Positions 62,275-64,000 of a DNA stretch of 64,000 nucleotides are shown in pieces. Origin of the DNA: Camelus dromedarius (Eukaryota); the NCBI RefSeq assembly GCF_036321535.1, contig NC_087437.1:9674001-9738000 (forward strand), given 5' to 3'. Each line of letters opens with the position of its first letter. Within the stretch, counting starts at the first letter, position 1. Under the pieces are notes generated by a model that did no database searches, was not told where the DNA came from, and worked only from the letters and a program-made list of their open reading frames with translations. Position numbers and translations under genes: made by a program.

Positions 62275-63739
62275 GATGTGTCAGGAGAGACTGGAGTGAC
62301 TACTGCAGGGTGGAATGGGACCAGGAAAGAGGACAGACCCTAAGGCCCGGGGGGAAGGGAGGGCAAGAGAACAGATGTTTATCCAAAGAACACAAGCGGG
62401 CAGATGCAAGTTGGTAGGAGGAGGCCAAAGGGGAGCTCATGGAAGTTCTTGGCTGATCCCTTCTATTTTTATAGTGAAACAGGAAGTACATGCATTAGCA
62501 GAGAAAGAACACAGATGGGGAGAAGGCCATGATGGTCAGTCCTGAAGCAGAAGGCTATATGATTTAACTAGAGCCCACATTTTGTCCTCCAAGTGAGAAA
62601 GGAGGAAAGACATTGAAGGTACATGCAAGGGAGTGACTGTAATGGTAAAATGCATAATTTAAGCTGCACAAGGTGAGAATTAAGAACAAGATGATGGAAA
62701 GTTTCAGTGACTAGATGGTACGATCAATGCAAGAGATTGTTTAAGACAAATTTATTTCAAAATACACCTCAATATACGACATGACTAGTGTTCCATTAAA
62801 TGCATTTTATAAACACATTTTTGTGGAGGAATTGCAAAAACATTACTGAATAATAATAATAATTAATGGTCTTTAATTTATCAACATTGCAGCAACTTTC
62901 TCCCTAATGACTGAGTGCCTAGGAAATACTAATATTTTAAAAATTTAATAATGTACCCATATATCTTTAATAGTAACTTATCTAAAAATCAGTAAAAGTA
63001 TATTTATAATAAATTATTAGTGATTTCTTCCTATTCTGAAATTCCAGCAAATGTACTTTGTATAAAATGTTTGATTTTTCCACATTTAAGGAAGAGATTA
63101 ATTAGTCCATCTTACTCACTGAAAATTCCATTAGCTTACAAAAATATAACACAATAAATTCAGACTGTATAAATATTATGAAGTTGCCTTACATTGTTCC
63201 TTTTTAAAATGAAAGAATTAGACTAGGAAATCACTATAGTCTAAGGACTAAAATTCTAGATGTTTATAAAATCTCTTAAATGGCTTATTAGCTGGAAGTG
63301 CAGTTAATTAAGCTTTTTTAATAAAACACTAATTAGTTTTATATCCACAATATTTTTTTAAAAGCCCGCAGATATTACTTTCCTGGCAGGGATAAACAAA
63401 GGTTTGTATTTTAAAATACTTTTTGGCTTCGGGAAATACTTCATAGCTTCAATAGCCCTTTTTCTTCATCCTCAAATAGAGCTTCCTTAATATCTTACTC
63501 CATAACATGAAGACTCTGAGGTTTAAAAAAGCAATTCAGTCAGAGGACGCAGTCGAAGACCAAACATGGACTCCCTGTGTGGGATGCGCACATGTGCATG
63601 TGCCTGTAGGGGGTGGGGGTGGGGGTAAAGGCTATATAGAAAATGAACAATCCAAAAAAACTGCTATGATTTTATTTTACACACAGTACAATGGCCACAC
63701 GAGAATAATAAGAATGAGTAAGAATTTGGTACAGATCAC

Positions 63740-64000
63740 ATTCCTAGTTTGAGGCAAGATGAAGGAAACACGTTCTACCCTATTGATCCTGTATAGTACA
63801 ACTAAAAACTCTGGACAAAATACATAAAGCAACCATCGGAAAGTTGAAAGAGAAGAGAAGGTAGAGTGGATGGAGACCTCAGGACTCCAAGATCGGTCCT
63901 TGCAGCCCTGCCCACCCTGCACTACCACTACAGAGGATGCGTCTCCTCACAGCAAATGTGGAGACCATGGGAAGGAATCTGGTTGATCATCCTCACCATG
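63740..64000 (+). mobile_element. old L1 (L1MC/MD-like) 5' end, running off the window
   Basis: agtacaactaaaaactctggaca..gacctcaggac. Confidence 0.6.

Larger units (their letters stand above)
60355..62730 (-). mobile_element. long L2 LINE fragment, interrupted by a microsatellite and an LTR
   Basis: gcaagtgcaaaggccctgagg, tttgagcagagg..atctgactt, gtcattggtgaccttga, ggagtggattcaag. Confidence 0.8.

Noticed and set aside
1..64000. Novel multi-gene system, CRISPR array or prokaryotic-type operon
   Set aside because: The sequence is mammalian non-coding DNA with no repeat-spacer arrays, no long ORFs and no intact mobile-element coding capacity.

Overview
This is repeat-rich placental-mammal genomic DNA, probably from a camelid. 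Four tRNA-Ala-derived SINEs resemble the camelid vic-1 family, and the younger LINE-1 3' ends are of cetartiodactyl type. I find no credible protein-coding gene. The ORF track is explained by microsatellites, LINE-1 ORF2 remnants, LTR sequence or chance, so the window reads as intergenic or deep-intronic. It holds about 10 young 5'-truncated L1 copies (two 5'-inverted), solo ERV1-type LTRs, several MaLR/ERVL LTRs, an internally deleted ERVL provirus with a readable gag remnant, L2, L3, MIR and hAT fossils, and several microsatellites. Points most worth follow-up: two strong CTCF motifs (19204, 32917), a young LTR with an intact promoter layout and p53-like tandem repeats (61891-62274), candidate non-coding + strand exons, and a possible polyadenylated retro-fragment (58187-58490). 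I see no evidence for a novel biological system. Repeat family names are recalled from consensus sequences, not from a database search, and boundaries of old repeats are approximate.
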